A stretch of DNA of 64,000 nt from Nannocystales bacterium (GTDB lineage: Bacteria > Myxococcota_A > Polyangia > Nannocystales > Nannocystaceae), in NCBI GenBank assembly GCA_050633305.1, contig JBOEGF010000036.1, positions 8,521-72,520 of the forward strand. Reading direction: 5' to 3'. Positions 17,837 to 28,037 of this stretch are shown here, piece after piece. The notes under the pieces are model-generated. The model made no database searches. It was not told the DNA's origin and saw only the letters and a program-made list of their open reading frames with translations. The first letter of the stretch is position 1, and every line of letters begins with the position of its first letter. Both the position numbers and the translations under genes were made by a program.

Positions 17837-19018
17837 ATGGTGAAGACCCGAAAGCACGTGGACGATCTTCGGGGTGCGGGACGGCTGGCGGTGGAGGCGA
17901 CGCGCGGTGTGACGGCGTTGGTGGAAGCGATGCACCGAACGATCGGCAGCGGGCCGGCGGTGTTGGGCAAGCCGTTGGCGGGCCCGGTCGAGGTGGGGAC
18001 GGCCGCGGTGTACGGGGCGATTCGCGGCGTGAGCGGGGTGGTGGGCGCGGGCATCGACGCGGCGCTGGCCGGGGTCGGCCCGTTGCTGGGAGAGAGCACG
18101 CCTGGACCCGCGCGGGAGGCCTTGCTGTCGGGACTCTGCGGGGTGCTGGGCGACTATCTGGAGGACACGGGCAATCCGTTGGCGCTGTCGATGCTGTTGC
18201 GCCGCGGCGGGGTGGCGCTTCCGGTCTCGGATCTGAAGGCGATGGCGGAGGCGGTGCCGGACGCGAGCTCGAGCATCCTGCTGACGGTCCACGGGTCGTG
18301 CATGAACGACCGGCAGTGGCGATACAAGGAGCACGACCACGCGGACGCCTTGCAGGAGGCGCTGGGGTGGACGCGGGTCGATGCGGTCTACAACAGCGGC
18401 CTGCACATCTCGACCAACGGGAGGACGCTCGCGACTCAACTCGAAGCGCTGGTGGATGCGTGGCCCACTGGGGTCGAGCGGATCGTCGTGCTGGGGCACA
18501 GCATGGGAGGGCTGGTCGCCCGCAGTGCCTGCCGCATCGCAGAAGACACGCCGCTTCGGTGGCGGGGGCTGCTTGGCGGTCTGGTTTGTCTGGGGACGCC
18601 GCACCACGGAGCGCCGCTGGAGCGCGGCGGCAATGGCATCGATGTGCTGCTGGGCTTGAGCCCATACAGCGCACCGCTGGCCGGACTCGGCAAGATCCGC
18701 AGCGCAGGCGTGACAGACCTACGCTACGGCAACGTGTTGGACGCCCACTGGGAGGGCCGCGACCGTTTTGAGCCCGGCGCGGATCGGCGCAGCCCGGTGC
18801 CGCTGCCTGCGGGGGTGGACTGCTACGCGGTCGCGGGGCAGCGGGGTCGTGGTGGGGATGGGTTGGTCCCGGTCGACAGCGCGCTGGGCAGACATCGCGA
18901 CGCGCAGCAGACGCTCGCGTTTGCGGCGGAGCACACGCTGGTGGTCCCGGAGACGAGCCACCTCGACCTGCTGGGCCACCCGGACATCTACACGCAACTC
19001 GAGGCGTGGCTACGCTGA
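17837..19018 (+). CDS. Alpha/beta hydrolase (lipase/esterase-like, GHSMGG nucleophile elbow)
   Basis: Has VVLGHSMGGLVARS and a downstream LGTPHHGAP. ATG 17837 (MVKTRKH) lies within listed ORF 17276..19018. Confidence 0.75.
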   Translation: MVKTRKHVDDLRGAGRLAVEATRGVTALVEAMHRTIGSGPAVLGKPLAGPVEVGTAAVYGAIRGVSGVVGAGIDAALAGVGPLLGESTPGPAREALLSGLCGVLGDYLEDTGNPLALSMLLRRGGVALPVSDLKAMAEAVPDASSSILLTVHGSCMNDRQWRYKEHDHADALQEALGWTRVDAVYNSGLHISTNGRTLATQLEALVDAWPTGVERIVVLGHSMGGLVARSACRIAEDTPLRWRGLLGGLVCLGTPHHGAPLERGGNGIDVLLGLSPYSAPLAGLGKIRSAGVTDLRYGNVLDAHWEGRDRFEPGADRRSPVPLPAGVDCYAVAGQRGRGGDGLVPVDSALGRHRDAQQTLAFAAEHTLVVPETSHLDLLGHPDIYTQLEAWLR

Positions 19019-19045
19019 GATACGCCCGCCCGAGCCTGGGCGCGG

Positions 19046-20116
19046 CTACCTCTCGTAGAGGGTCTCGGCTGGACCGAGGTCGTCCTCGCCGGGCGCGTCG
19101 GCGGCATCGAGCACGAACATGAACTTGTCGATCTCGACGCCGTCTTCGCGCATGGAGACCTGGACGTCATGCCAGCCGGGCTCGTCGACCTCGAACCAGA
19201 TGTTGGCGTCCTGCTGCGACACGCCCTCGATGTCGACGCCGCCGGTGTGCTGGTTCTGGCCGCGACGGTGGTTGACGAAGCGCCAGCCGTTGGGGAACTG
19301 CCAGCGCATGCCGGAGTTGTCGCCGAGCTCGTTGCTGGGCCACTGGCCGTCGATGCCCAGGTGCAGGCCGTTGGCGGCGGGACCCCGCCCCCGGGCGCGG
19401 CAGTAGCCGTAGTACCGCCCGGTCTGGTTGAAGAAGACTCGGTAGCTCAGCACGGCAACGGCACCGGGGGTGTTGCTGAACCCACCGGAGGGTTCTTCGT
19501 CGGCGGAGTCGGCACGTCGGCGATCGGGGAGGACCTCCAAGTAGGTCTCGTTGGAGGCATCGGCGGGGTCGGTCAGGGCGTTGCCTTCGCCGCCGAGGCC
19601 GTCGCCATCACACTCGGAGTACAGGTTGCACAGCGGGGTGTTGTCGGCGGTGCAGGGGGTGTCGACGACGCAGCCATCGATCTGATCGTCGGGGATGTCT
19701 CCGCTGGCGCTCGAGATCTCGTACCAACGCAAGCGGTTGGGCTCGGTGTTGGTCTGCTCGGTGTAGTGCTCGGCTTCGAACACGACGATGCCGTCGATTT
19801 CCTCGAAGTCGGTGTTTGGGCCCACGCCGCCGGTTGTTTCATCCCCGGTCGAGCTCGCGTTGGTGGGGTCGATGGTGGTGCCCGGGTCGCTGGTTGAGCC
19901 GGTGGTGGCGCTCGTGGGCGCGCCGGTGGTGCTCGTGGATGACGTGGCGGATGCGGGTCCGCTGCCGGACCCCGTTCCGGTGGGGTCGGTGCCATCGGTC
20001 GTGGGTGTCTCGGTCGCGGATGCGTCTTCGGTGTCGGCGCCCGTGTCGTCGGAGCCGCACCCAAACACGCCGACGCAGATCGCGATTCCCCATGCCTGCT
20101 TCAACTTCGCCATCAT
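19046..20116 (-). CDS. Secreted lipoprotein with a C-terminal carbohydrate-binding-like beta-sandwich domain
   Basis: The lipobox is AICVGVFGCGS, followed by an acidic Thr/Ser/Gly linker. The C-terminal pattern is FEAEHY...YLEV...GLHLGIDG...MREDGVEIDKFMF. Confidence 0.65.
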   Translation of the reverse strand: MMAKLKQAWGIAICVGVFGCGSDDTGADTEDASATETPTTDGTDPTGTGSGSGPASATSSTSTTGAPTSATTGSTSDPGTTIDPTNASSTGDETTGGVGPNTDFEEIDGIVVFEAEHYTEQTNTEPNRLRWYEISSASGDIPDDQIDGCVVDTPCTADNTPLCNLYSECDGDGLGGEGNALTDPADASNETYLEVLPDRRRADSADEEPSGGFSNTPGAVAVLSYRVFFNQTGRYYGYCRARGRGPAANGLHLGIDGQWPSNELGDNSGMRWQFPNGWRFVNHRRGQNQHTGGVDIEGVSQQDANIWFEVDEPGWHDVQVSMREDGVEIDKFMFVLDAADAPGEDDLGPAETLYER

Positions 20117-20180
20117 CGACAACCACGGTACGCGAGCGGGCGTCCGCGTGTGCTGCAGGTTCGGTGAGGTTGACCCGGGC

Positions 20181-21281
20181 TTAGGGCAGCGCGTGCTGCT
20201 CGAAGAGGTCGAGCATGAGCTCGTTGGCGCGCACGGTGAGGGAGCTGGTTCCGGAGAGGCAGAACTCCTGGCCCGGCCAGCAGTGCCCGACGCCGTCGAG
20301 GGTGCACAGGGTGACGGTGGCATCGGCATCACACCCGTCCCAGGTCTGGCACGAGGCGTCGTCCATCTCCAAGGTGACGGAAGACTCGGGGTCGCAGCCG
20401 TTGCGGTCTGCCCAGCCCTGAAGCGACTCCTCCACGGGAGGGAAGCCGGTGAGGTTTCCGGGGTAGGGGACGACGGTGTCGGCGGTGCCGTGAAAGTGGA
20501 TCACGGGAATCGGGCGGACGGGGTCGCAGTCCTCGGGCGGGAGGCCCAGCGGTCCTGCGACGGGACCGACCGCGGTGATGATGTCGGCGGCTTCGCAGGC
20601 GAGTCGGTGGGACATGAACCCGCCGTTGGACATGCCGGTGGCGTAGACGCGGCTTCTGTCGATGCACAGGGTCGTGGCGACTTCATCGAGCAGCGCCCGG
20701 ACGAAGCCAACATCGTCCACCTCTCGCCCGGTGGCGACGCCGCAGCACGCTCCGCCGTTCCACGAGTTGGACACACCATTGGGGTAGACGGCGATGACCC
20801 CTCGCTCCTCGGCATCGACGTTGAGGTCGGAGAAGAAAGCCTGCTGCGCGGCGTTGGACCCGAACCCGTGAAAGTTGAACACTAAGGGCGTGGCTTCCGA
20901 GCCGTCGTAGCTGCTGGGGACGAAGAGGTTGTAGTTGCGAGTTCGGCCGTCGAACTCGAGTTGCAGCCCGATTTGCTCGCCGGGGCGAACGGTGGTGCCT
21001 GGACACGCTGCGGGGTCGCCGGTGCTGGAGGAGGACTCGCCGCCGACCGAGGTGTCGGAAGGTGTGGGGCCGGTGGATGTCTCCGCGCTGCTCGTGCCGC
21101 TCGCGGAGTCGGTGGTGCTCCCGGACGTGACGGTCGCAGGCGTGGTGGTGCTTGGCGCTTCGGTCGTGGTGCTGGTGCCGTCGGTGTCGGTCTCCGCGCT
21201 CCCGGGCCCATCGCTGTCCCCACAGCCGAGCACCGCCACGAGACTCCATCCGACGACCAGGTTCACACGGCTGCGACGCAT
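20181..21281 (-). CDS. PHB-depolymerase-family esterase lipoprotein (LpqC-like)
   Basis: The lipobox is VAVLGCGDS. Has FNFHGFGSNA, WNGGACCG and GMSNGGFMSHRLACE motifs. Confidence 0.75.
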   Translation of the reverse strand: MRRSRVNLVVGWSLVAVLGCGDSDGPGSAETDTDGTSTTTEAPSTTTPATVTSGSTTDSASGTSSAETSTGPTPSDTSVGGESSSSTGDPAACPGTTVRPGEQIGLQLEFDGRTRNYNLFVPSSYDGSEATPLVFNFHGFGSNAAQQAFFSDLNVDAEERGVIAVYPNGVSNSWNGGACCGVATGREVDDVGFVRALLDEVATTLCIDRSRVYATGMSNGGFMSHRLACEAADIITAVGPVAGPLGLPPEDCDPVRPIPVIHFHGTADTVVPYPGNLTGFPPVEESLQGWADRNGCDPESSVTLEMDDASCQTWDGCDADATVTLCTLDGVGHCWPGQEFCLSGTSSLTVRANELMLDLFEQHALP

Positions 21282-21437
21282 CGCCAGAGGGTACCTCCGA
21301 AGTCCGCTCGGGATGCGGCGGGACGCACGCAGCGTCGAGGGCCGTGAGGCGGGCGGCTGTGGTGCTGCGTCGCACGTTCGGTTCGGGGGCTTGCAACGTG
21401 TCCGGGTCCTTGGTGAATCGTGAGAATCTCTCGCGAC

Positions 21438-22277
21438 ATGGAACGGTCCGAGATCGAGGCGAACGTCCGCGCAGTCTTCGACACGGTGGCGGCGGGGTAC
21501 GACCACCCGGGAAGCTACTGGTTCGACCAAACGGCGCAGGCGATCGCGACGGCGGCGGGGCTTGGGGATGGAGACGAGGCGCTCGACGTGGCGACGGGGA
21601 CCGGCAAGGTGGCGTTGGCGCTCGCGGGGTCGGCTTCGGGGGCCCGAGTCGTGGGGGCGGACTTGTCGGAGGGCATGCTGGGCGAGGCCCGTCGCAAGGC
21701 GGACGCGGTTGGCCTGCGCAACACGGAGTTCGTGCAGTCGTCCTTCGAGGGGTTGGCATTCGGCGAGCGGTTCGACGTGGTGACGTGCAGCTTCGGGATC
21801 TTCTTCGTGCCCGAGATGGTCGACACGCTGAAGCGGTTTGCCGCGCAAGCAAAGTCGGGAGGGCGAGTCATCCTCTCCACGTTTGCGGTGGGTTCGTTCT
21901 CGCCGTTGAGCGACGCGTTTGTCCGCCTCTATGAAGAGTTCGGCTTCGAGGTGGGACCGCGGCCGTGGTTGCGTGTGGGGTCCCCCGAGCTCCTTGGCGG
22001 GCTGTACGACGAGGCGGGACTGCCCGGCGCGGAGGTGGTGGAGCACGACTTTGGCTTCGAACTCCGCGACGAGAATGTCTGGTGGGACATCGTGTTCAAC
22101 GCTGGCTATCGGGGCATGCTCGAACAGCTCAGCGAAGAACAGGCACCCCGGTTCAAGGAGCGGCACCTGTCCGAGGTCCGCGACTTGCTCGCACAGGACG
22201 GCGGGTCCCGGCTCGACGTTCGAGTTCTGATTGGCCAGGCCGCAAAAACCGGGTCGGGCCAGTCGCTCTCATCGTGA
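21438..22277 (+). CDS. Class I SAM-dependent methyltransferase (UbiE/COQ5-like)
   Basis: Motif I is LDVATGTGKVALALA, with later DVVTCSFGIFF. Confidence 0.8.
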   Translation: MERSEIEANVRAVFDTVAAGYDHPGSYWFDQTAQAIATAAGLGDGDEALDVATGTGKVALALAGSASGARVVGADLSEGMLGEARRKADAVGLRNTEFVQSSFEGLAFGERFDVVTCSFGIFFVPEMVDTLKRFAAQAKSGGRVILSTFAVGSFSPLSDAFVRLYEEFGFEVGPRPWLRVGSPELLGGLYDEAGLPGAEVVEHDFGFELRDENVWWDIVFNAGYRGMLEQLSEEQAPRFKERHLSEVRDLLAQDGGSRLDVRVLIGQAAKTGSGQSLSS

Positions 22278-22452
22278 CCCGGGGGGCAGCGACGAGCACG
22301 GTGCTCGAGCGCTCCAAGCCTCGCAGGTGCAGGCGAGGGCGGTGTATGTGGTGACCGCGCAGGCCGCGGACCCCGCGGCGGATCGGGTTTCGTGTACGAA
22401 TTGATGCTCCGCTGAGTTTCAACGTCCAAGCTCAGCAGAGCCGTCCGAGAAC

Positions 22453-23634
22453 ATGCGCCGAGCCAACCCAACGTCCGCCTCCTCGGGGTGGGAATGGAAC
22501 GCCCAGGGTCCGCCCTCGTCCCAGCCGCCTTCGCAGCGGCCCGGTCCCCCTCGCGGTGGATCGACGGAGGCGGTGTTGGCAGGCGTCGTGTTTGTGGTCG
22601 TGGCGGCGGTGGCGGTGGCGGCGTACTTCGTGCTGAGCTCCGAGGACAACGACCCGGACGCGAGTGTTTCGGAGGTCGAGGACAGCTCTCCGGCTCCAGC
22701 CGCCCCGCCGAAGCCAGCCGAGCCGGATGCAGACGCCACGCCGAAGACCCAACGCGCCGTCCCGTCGTTCGACACGATCGCGTGGCACACCACGGACCCG
22801 ACCACGCTCCAAGACCTCGTCCGGGTGTGGTCGGTGCCGCGTGATGTGCTGACCAAGCTCAACCCCGAGTTGCCTCTGTCGAAGTCGCTCGAGGTTGGGA
22901 CTCCGGTTGTTGTGTACTCGCGGAGTCTGGGCGCCAGCGCATCGATCGGCCCGCCCAATGACGGGCGGCTGATCTGGGGCGTTCCGTTGCCTGAAGACGA
23001 GGCGTGGACGCTCCCCGAAGATCGGACTCGGGCGTTTGCGACTACAGAGACGATCGCTTCGGTGGTCGGAGGGTTCCATGCGTACGCCGACCGGTTCCCC
23101 GATGCGGCGCCGATCGTCGTGGGGGACCTTTCCGCCCGGCGCGGTGGGAGAATCTACGGCCACCAGTCCCACCAAAGCGGCTTGGACATCGACATCCGTC
23201 TCGTCAAGGACAGCACGGGAGAGGGATTCGACGCGGAGCGCAACTGGTTCCTCGCCAAAGCGTTGATCGACGGCAGTGAGGTGCGGGCGATCTTCCTCAA
23301 CCGGACGGAACAGGCGTGGCTGCGTGCAGCGGCGGAGGCCGATGTGGGTGCAGCTTCCGCGCAGGAGTACTTCGCGCTGATTCGCCACGAGCCAGGCCAT
23401 ACGATTCACATGCATGTCCGCTTCGTGTGCGCCAAGGAGGACAAACGCTGCGTTGGGTACTCGTTGCCGGACACCGACGAGAAGGACCCGAAGAAGGCGA
23501 GCAAGCTCCCCGGCGGGGCGGGCGGGACGTCTCGCGGGGGTGCATCGAAGCGGCCGCGCCTCCTGCCCAAGGGCGGTGGCAAGACCGCGGGCAAGAAGAA
23601 AAAACGAAAAAAGAAGAAGGCCAAGAAGAAGTAG
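22453..23634 (+). CDS. Penicillin-insensitive murein endopeptidase (MepA/M74-like) with an N-terminal TM segment and a poly-Lys tail
   Basis: Has GHQSHQSGLDIDIRL and HEPGHTIHMHVRF, which are metal-ligand motifs. The C-terminus is GKKKKRKKKKAKKK. Confidence 0.65.
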   Translation: MRRANPTSASSGWEWNAQGPPSSQPPSQRPGPPRGGSTEAVLAGVVFVVVAAVAVAAYFVLSSEDNDPDASVSEVEDSSPAPAAPPKPAEPDADATPKTQRAVPSFDTIAWHTTDPTTLQDLVRVWSVPRDVLTKLNPELPLSKSLEVGTPVVVYSRSLGASASIGPPNDGRLIWGVPLPEDEAWTLPEDRTRAFATTETIASVVGGFHAYADRFPDAAPIVVGDLSARRGGRIYGHQSHQSGLDIDIRLVKDSTGEGFDAERNWFLAKALIDGSEVRAIFLNRTEQAWLRAAAEADVGAASAQEYFALIRHEPGHTIHMHVRFVCAKEDKRCVGYSLPDTDEKDPKKASKLPGGAGGTSRGGASKRPRLLPKGGGKTAGKKKKRKKKKAKKK

Positions 23635-23798
23635 CCGCAGCGGGATCCGAGGAGACCGGGCTGAGTCTCGCGGATCGGGGGGCGAACCAGCGGCGGACAG
23701 CGAATGCGACAGGGGTGTCACATTTGGCGCGTACGAAACATGCAGTCCGGCGGGTCTTCCCGATACGGCGCGGGCTCCCGTGGTACCTCCTGTGACAG

Positions 23799-25601
23799 AT
23801 GGCATGGGTCCGAGTCCAGAGGTCTGCAGCGGGGGTCATGGGCGCGGTCTTGCTGGGGTGCGCTCCAGAGGCCGGGCTTTCTTCGGTGGGAACGACGGGG
23901 GCGGCTTCGACGGGGGCGGATGCGTCGACGAGCACCGGGGAAGCAACGACGGGCACGGCGGGTGCAGACGGCTCGTCGTCGTCCTCGAGCACAGGCGCCG
24001 CATCGCTGTGTGGTGATGGGGTGCTCGATGAGGGGGAGGCGTGCGACGACGGGTCCGCCAACGCGCAGAACGCCGCGTGCCTGCTCGATTGCACCGTCGC
24101 ATCGTGCGGCGATGGAAACGTGCAGGAGGGGGTTGAGGCTTGTGACGATGGAAACGACGACGACACCGACGCGTGCACCTCGGTGTGCGAGGCCGCGGCG
24201 TGCGGCGATGGATCGGTGCAAGGCGATGAAGAGTGCGACGACGGGCGGGACAACGGCGACTCCCGAGCTTGCAAGTCGGACTGCACCGCCGCGGTGTGCG
24301 GCGACGGCCTCATCTTGGCGGGCGAAGAGCAGTGCGACGACGCCAACGACGACAACAACGATGGGTGCAGCGAGCTGTGTCTGTTCACAGATTGTGGGGA
24401 TGGGTTCTGGAACCCGGAGATCAACGAGGTCTGTGACGATGGTCCGGGCACGCCTGGCGACGTGTGCAACGACGACTGCCTCACATGGGGGCAGTGGACC
24501 GAGACCTTCAACGGGAGTGGAGACTCCAACGACCTGATCTATGGGGTGGCATTCGACAGCGCTGGCAACCCCGTGGTCGCAGGCGTGACGCTGCCCGACA
24601 ACGGCAACGGTGACGACATCTGGGTCCGCAAGTACGACGCAACGGGGGCGGAGTCCTGGACGCGGACGTTTCATGGCGTGACCTCAGACCTGGGTTATGG
24701 GGTCGCGGTCGCGCCGAACGACGACGTGTTCGTGGTTGGTTCGGTCTTCACGCTGACCGACAACCGGGATATCTGGGTGCGGCGATACGCGTCCGATGGC
24801 ACGCCCGGCTTCACGCGGACGCACAACGGGTCCGACGACGAGGCGGACGAGGGCCGCGGAATTGCCATCGATGCGGCGGGCAACCTCGGCGTCGTCGGCT
24901 ACGTCACCCAATCCTCGGACACGGAGATCTTCGTCCGCAAGTACACGCCCGGGGGCGCAACGTTGTGGACCGTGGTCGAGTCGGGTCCGGCGGGCGGGGA
25001 CGATGAGGGCCACGGGGTCGCGTTCGATGCCGCGGGCAACTTGGTCGCGACCGGGTTCGTCTCGACCGGTGGGGGCGCGGAAGACATCTGGGTTGCCAAG
25101 TACAACGCGTCGGGGACGGAACTGTGGGCTCGGACGCATGCGGGCTCGGGCGGGACCAACGACGCTGGGGAAGGGGTCGCGTTCGATGGCGGTGGCAATG
25201 TCGTGGTCGCAGGCTTTGAGGCCGTGGCCGGGGAGAGCGACAACGCCTGGATTCGCAAGTACGACCCGGACGGCACCGAGCTGTGGACGCAGACCTTCAA
25301 TGGCCCCAGTGGCGGCCGAGATCGTGCACAGGCTGTCACGGTCGCGGCCGCCGACGAAATCGTCGTCGCGGGGTCGACGTTCGAGGACTCCCAGTCCGAC
25401 AACATCTGGCTCCGCCGTTACGACGCGGACGGCAACGAGGTCTACCCGTGGGCGACCGAGTACAACTCTCCGGGGTTCCTCTCCGATGTCGCGCACGGGG
25501 TGGCGGTGGACGGCGATGGCAACGTCGCCGTGGGTGGATTCGAGACCCGTTCCGAGAACGGTGAGGCCCGGAACACCTGGTTGCGGTACGTGCTCCCATG
25601 A
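23799..25601 (+). CDS. Lipoprotein with Myxococcus-type cysteine-rich repeats followed by beta-propeller-like repeats
   Basis: The lipobox is VLLGCAPE. About 5 repeats fit the form CGDG...E(A/E)CDDGN...D.C...C. These are followed by repeated DIWVRKY...G...W modules. Confidence 0.8.
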   Translation: MAWVRVQRSAAGVMGAVLLGCAPEAGLSSVGTTGAASTGADASTSTGEATTGTAGADGSSSSSSTGAASLCGDGVLDEGEACDDGSANAQNAACLLDCTVASCGDGNVQEGVEACDDGNDDDTDACTSVCEAAACGDGSVQGDEECDDGRDNGDSRACKSDCTAAVCGDGLILAGEEQCDDANDDNNDGCSELCLFTDCGDGFWNPEINEVCDDGPGTPGDVCNDDCLTWGQWTETFNGSGDSNDLIYGVAFDSAGNPVVAGVTLPDNGNGDDIWVRKYDATGAESWTRTFHGVTSDLGYGVAVAPNDDVFVVGSVFTLTDNRDIWVRRYASDGTPGFTRTHNGSDDEADEGRGIAIDAAGNLGVVGYVTQSSDTEIFVRKYTPGGATLWTVVESGPAGGDDEGHGVAFDAAGNLVATGFVSTGGGAEDIWVAKYNASGTELWARTHAGSGGTNDAGEGVAFDGGGNVVVAGFEAVAGESDNAWIRKYDPDGTELWTQTFNGPSGGRDRAQAVTVAAADEIVVAGSTFEDSQSDNIWLRRYDADGNEVYPWATEYNSPGFLSDVAHGVAVDGDGNVAVGGFETRSENGEARNTWLRYVLP

Positions 25602-25619
25602 ACACGTCTCCGGTCCACC

Positions 25620-26153
25620 GTGGGGAGTGCCCCCGCGCTCCTGAGGAGTTCGTCGGTGGCGCGTCTTCCCCGTGAAGCACTCTCCCGCAACGGTGGGTGG
25701 CTGGTTCTCGTGCCGCTTGGCATCAGCCTGGCTCTGTGGAGCGCGCTGCCGCCGGCCTACGCGCCCGAAAACTTCGGCGCGGGCATCCCCACCTGGTTGA
25801 GCTTGTCGGAGAACGTGTTTCGCGTACTGGTGTTCGCGACGCCAGGGGCGCTTCTCGTCGGGGCATCGAGTCGGGTGCAGCGCCTCGGCTGGGGGCTGTA
25901 CTCGATCGGCCTGGCCCTGTACCTGGCCAGCTACGTTCTGCTGGCGATTTGGCCCGACGGGGCGTGGGCGGGCAGCGCCCTTGGGTTCACGGCGCCGGCG
26001 TGGACCCCGGCGCTGTGGCTCATCGGTGTCGCGTTGATCTGCCAGGACTCCTGGGTGAACGCACGGTGGATCTGGTGGCTGTACCTCGGTCCCGTCGCCG
26101 CGTTCCTTGGGCTGCATGTGGGCCACGCGGCGCTCGTGTGGTCGGGGCTCTAG
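25620..26153 (+). CDS. Integral membrane protein, function unknown (start uncertain)
   Basis: Several hydrophobic helices (WLVLVPLGISLALW, LYSIGLALYLASYVLLAIW, ALWLIGVALI). Confidence 0.5.
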   Translation: MGSAPALLRSSSVARLPREALSRNGGWLVLVPLGISLALWSALPPAYAPENFGAGIPTWLSLSENVFRVLVFATPGALLVGASSRVQRLGWGLYSIGLALYLASYVLLAIWPDGAWAGSALGFTAPAWTPALWLIGVALICQDSWVNARWIWWLYLGPVAAFLGLHVGHAALVWSGL

Positions 26154-26206
26154 CAGACGCATGGGGTGCTCGCGGTCTGGGCGCAACTTCGGCACACTCG
26201 AAGTCG

Positions 26207-26851
26207 ATGACGTCGACACAGCCGCCGCTGGACCGCGATGCGCTCGCGGAGCTGACCGAGTCGACCCTCGGGCACTACGAGGATCGGGCCGATGCGTTCT
26301 GGGAAGGCACCCGGGACCATGACGTGAGCCAGAATCGCGACGCGCTGCTCAGACATTTGCGAACCGAGGGCCCCGCACGGATTCTCGACTTCGGCTGCGG
26401 TCCCGGCCGCGACCTCATGGCGTTCGCAGCCGCGGGACACGATCCCGTCGGACTGGACGGCGCGGCGCGCTTCTGCGAGATGGCTCGGCGCCACTCTGGC
26501 TGCGAGGTGCTGCACCAAGATTTCCTGCAGCTCTCGCTGCCGGACGGCGGGTTCGACGGGGTGTTCGCCAACGCGTCGCTGTTTCATGTGCCCGCGCAGG
26601 AGCTGCCCCGGGTCCTCTCACAGTTGTGGGCGACGCTGCGGCCCGACGGCGTGCTGTTCGCCTCCAACCCGCGTGGGGACAACCGAGAGGGGTTCAATGG
26701 GGCTCGCTACGGCAGCTACCACGATCATTCGCGATGGCAGGACTTGGTGACAGCCTGCGGCTTTGTCGAACTCGAGCACTACTTCCGCCCGCCGGGTCGT
26801 CCGCGTGCTGAGCAGCCGTGGCTCGCCACCGTGTACCGCAAGCCCTGCTAG
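26207..26851 (+). CDS. Class I SAM-dependent methyltransferase
   Basis: Motif I is ILDFGCGPGRDL, followed by FDGVFANASLFHV. ATG 26207 lies inside listed ORF 25697..26851. Confidence 0.8.
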   Translation: MTSTQPPLDRDALAELTESTLGHYEDRADAFWEGTRDHDVSQNRDALLRHLRTEGPARILDFGCGPGRDLMAFAAAGHDPVGLDGAARFCEMARRHSGCEVLHQDFLQLSLPDGGFDGVFANASLFHVPAQELPRVLSQLWATLRPDGVLFASNPRGDNREGFNGARYGSYHDHSRWQDLVTACGFVELEHYFRPPGRPRAEQPWLATVYRKPC

Positions 26852-27489
26852 GCCGGGGGCGGGAAGAAGACGGGCTCGTCGCCGGGCTGCCATGGAGGCG
26901 ACTTGTGCATGCAGCGAGCGAACAGCGCAGAGGCGCACCATGCTTCCAGCCAGCGGCGGGTGCTGGGGAAGGGAGCCTGCTGCCACTGGGCCCTGTCGAC
27001 ACCCGCGAACTGTCGGACGAACGGGAAGAGGGCCGCGTCGACGAGGCGCGGGGCGTCGCCCATTAGGTACCTCGCGTGGGTCAGACGGGCTTCGAGCTTG
27101 GCAATGTACGCGGAGGCGCGGTCTCGCTCCTGGCGAGGGTCGATGGAGTCGTCCCGCGACGCGTACTTGTAGCGATCGAGGTGGTGTTTGAACGGGCCGT
27201 CGTTGTCTCGCAACAATACGCGCGTCTCGTCCGGCGGGCTGTCGTTCCACGAGTCGGGGTCGCGGCACGCCAGCGCCCACTGCATGACGTCGATGCTCTC
27301 GTCGAGGACGCGGTCGGGCAGGACCAGGACCGGCACGGTTCCCTTGGGCGATGCCTCGAGCATGGCCGCAGGCTTGTCTCGCAGAAGGATCTCTCGGAGC
27401 TCGCAACGGACGTTGGCCACGGCGAGCGCCAAGCGGGCCCGCATCGCGTACGGGCACCGACGGAAGCTGTACAGAATCGGAGTCGTCAT
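26848..27489 (-). CDS. Glutathione S-transferase family protein
   Basis: The N-terminal thioredoxin-like motif is ILYSFRRCPYAMRARLAL ... KGTVPVLVL, and the C-terminal domain is helical. Confidence 0.8.
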   Translation of the reverse strand: MTTPILYSFRRCPYAMRARLALAVANVRCELREILLRDKPAAMLEASPKGTVPVLVLPDRVLDESIDVMQWALACRDPDSWNDSPPDETRVLLRDNDGPFKHHLDRYKYASRDDSIDPRQERDRASAYIAKLEARLTHARYLMGDAPRLVDAALFPFVRQFAGVDRAQWQQAPFPSTRRWLEAWCASALFARCMHKSPPWQPGDEPVFFPPPA

Positions 27490-27516
27490 GCTCGCGTGGG
27501 AACCCGCTGGGCGTGG

Positions 27517-27972
27517 TCACTCGGGAATGTGTGTGCCATCGGGGCTGAAGTTGACCTCGCGCAGCATCAAGACCTGGCTGTCGCGAAAGCGGCTGACCTT
27601 CACCCGCACACGCGGAGCGCTCGCGCCGTCGACCGGCTTGACGACGACTCGGTGGGACTGGGGCTGGCGGGGCGGGACAAAGCCTGACCATTGGGCGACC
27701 CCGTCGACCACGAACATCTCGTCGACCGCGACGTCCAGCGCGAGCTTGTCCATCTCCTCGGTCCCGACGGCCACGAGCCGGAAGCTCAGTTCGGATTCGT
27801 TGCCGGGTCGGTCGAGCAGCGTCATCTCGACGTTGACGGTTCCGCTCTCGTCCGACGCTGTCCCGCTGCCGAGGTCGAGTGGCGAGGTGGACGGCTTGTC
27901 GCACCCACTCGCCAGGGTGAGCACCGCAAGCGCCAGCGCGGCGAACCGGGGAATGCGATGGGGCAGCAGCAC
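27517..27972 (-). CDS. Small lipoprotein (GTG start inferred)
   Basis: The signal and lipobox are FAALALAVLTLASGCDK. The remainder is beta-rich. Confidence 0.45.
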   Translation of the reverse strand: MLLPHRIPRFAALALAVLTLASGCDKPSTSPLDLGSGTASDESGTVNVEMTLLDRPGNESELSFRLVAVGTEEMDKLALDVAVDEMFVVDGVAQWSGFVPPRQPQSHRVVVKPVDGASAPRVRVKVSRFRDSQVLMLREVNFSPDGTHIPE

Positions 27973-28037
27973 GTCGGCGAGTCTACCGTTTGTCGGGGAG
28001 GTTGGCTCTGCCCTGCCGAGCCAGCCGCCGCGCGACG

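Noticed and set aside
17699-18607. N-terminal 300-aa extensions of listed ORFs, for example 16715..18607, 20181..22166, 19046..20332, 25697..26851 and 29206..30717.
   Set aside because: The extensions are Arg/Pro-rich and antisense to neighbouring genes. Internal Met or GTG starts give proper signal peptides or domain boundaries, so the shorter models were used.
21438-22277. SAM methyltransferases at 21438-22277 and 26207-26851, considered as the missing DISARM methylase.
   Set aside because: They are small class I (UbiE-like) enzymes without DNA-methyltransferase motifs (no DPPY/NPPY or PCQ/ENV). They lie 11-16 kb away among housekeeping genes on independent transcription units.
22406-22441. 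Inverted repeat GCTCCGCTGAG-N14-CTCAGCAGAGC, considered as a terminator.
   Set aside because: It lies 130 nt from the nearest stop codon, has a large loop and has no T-run, so it is not convincing as an intrinsic terminator.
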